From NCBI GenBank assembly GCA_963700145.1, contig OY969474.1:736001-800000 (forward strand): 64,000 bases of DNA, written 5' to 3'. Both the position numbers and the translations under genes were made by a program. Below are positions 63,157-64,000 of this stretch, in pieces; positions within the stretch are counted from its first letter, which is position 1; every line of letters starts with the position of its first letter. Origin of the DNA: an uncultured Acidobacteriota bacterium. Its GTDB lineage: Bacteria; Acidobacteriota; Thermoanaerobaculia; Multivoradales; UBA5704. The notes beneath the pieces were generated by a model, which was not told where the DNA came from, ran no database searches, and saw only the letters and a program-made list of their open reading frames with translations.

Positions 63157-63682
63157 GCTCCGACTCCTTGTGGAAGCCCACCGCCAGCAGCTGGCGGGTG
63201 AGCGCCGCGAGACAGCGGTTGGTGACCTTGCGAATGCTCGACGAGCGGTAGCCCATCTGCTCCGCCACTTCGTTGGGGCCGTAGCCGAGGCCGTAGCGCA
63301 GGCGCAGCAGCGAGCGGCAGCGCGAGGAGAGGCGGCTCAGCACACGGTTGAGGTCGGAGCTCAGGTCCGCCCGCTCTTGCGGCGGCGCCTGCGGCGTCGA
63401 GATCAGCTCGAGGATCGCCGTGTCCACCGCGTCGCAGAGGCTGCCGCGGCGCTTGCGCCAATACATGATGCACTTCTTCTTGACCGTGCCGATCAGCCAG
63501 CTCTCGGGGCTGCGCACCGTGTCCCACTTGTAGATCAGGGTGAGCTGGGCGTCCTGGAGGATGTCCTCGGCGTCCTCCGGCGGCACCTCGAAGTGCCGGA
63601 GCACCCGCTCGAGTCGCGGCCGCGAGTCCGTCAGCAGCTTGTTGAGCGATTCCCGGAGTTCGGGTTGATCCAGCGTCGCCAT
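63137..63682 (-). CDS. ECF sigma factor, copy 2
   Basis: PPEDAEDILQ, SWLIGT..KCIMYWR, RCRSLLRLRY, GYRSSSIRKVTNRCLAAL. GAAGGGA RBS. Confidence 0.85.
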   Translation of the reverse strand: MATLDQPELRESLNKLLTDSRPRLERVLRHFEVPPEDAEDILQDAQLTLIYKWDTVRSPESWLIGTVKKKCIMYWRKRRGSLCDAVDTAILELISTPQAPPQERADLSSDLNRVLSRLSSRCRSLLRLRYGLGYGPNEVAEQMGYRSSSIRKVTNRCLAALTRQLLAVGFHKESEHESKPS

Positions 63683-63795
63683 GTCCCTTCGGTCCCCCCG
63701 GCCGGCTGGGGCTTGATAGGCTAGCACCCGCTTCGCTCCCTTGTCCAGTTGGACTCGTAGTTGCGCGACGGCCATGACGCGCCGCCACGCGCGAC

Positions 63796-63978
63796 CTACA
63801 GACAGCCGCCCCAGGGGTCGAGCGTGCAGCCGCTCGGCGGCGGCGGATCGAACTGCGACGCCGCCGTCGTGGACCGGGTCGGGCCGGAGCTGTCGCCGAC
63901 CGAGAGGAGCTCGAGCAGGGCGAGCAGCCAGGGGAGGAGGAACAGGGCGAGGGGCCGGCGGAAAGACCTCAGGGTCAT
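63796..63978 (-). CDS. Small secreted/membrane peptide 2 (about 60 aa), C-terminal GCTLDPWGGCL
   Basis: AGGAG RBS, basic N-terminus and Leu-rich hydrophobic core. The alternative start is 63984. Confidence 0.65.
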   Translation of the reverse strand: MTLRSFRRPLALFLLPWLLALLELLSVGDSSGPTRSTTAASQFDPPPPSGCTLDPWGGCL

Positions 63979-64000
63979 CACCATCTCCTAAAGAAGTCGA

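Overview
High-GC bacterial chromosomal segment. Gene content (LptF-LptG fusion, long LptC/LptA protein, rpoN-hpf-ptsN-hprK-rapZ-PTS cluster, TPR/kinase proteins) suggests Acidobacteriota, possibly Thermoanaerobaculia; this is an inference. The housekeeping backbone is dnaB (with a 489-aa P-loop intein), alr, mlaEFD, purC, pepA, oppDF, a TolC/Yip1/MacAB-type exporter, tRNA-Leu(CAA), carD, priA, accA, recJ, lptB, rpoN, PTS genes, miaB, parAB, queD-like, lptFG and ndh. Four accessory blocks interrupt it. (1) About 8.8-14.1 kb: lower-GC genes, an Mrr-like nuclease, a truncated vapC, an intact IS3-family element and a 21-bp repeat array. (2) About 28.5-32.5 kb: an island bounded by a 54-bp duplication of a permease 3' end. 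It carries a sensor-less sigma54 activator with palindromic enhancer sites and a -24/-12 promoter in front of a secreted RTX-like protein, plus broken toxin-antitoxin pieces. (3) A two-gene small-protein plus radical SAM insert between priA and accA. (4) At the right end, a tandemly duplicated module of small secreted peptide (C-terminal GxxI/LDxxGG), ECF sigma factor and zinc-finger-anti-sigma/TPR protein. Block 4 is the best candidate for an undescribed system, a peptide-sensing ECF circuit, and block 3 is second. All calls come from reading motifs by eye; no database searches were run.
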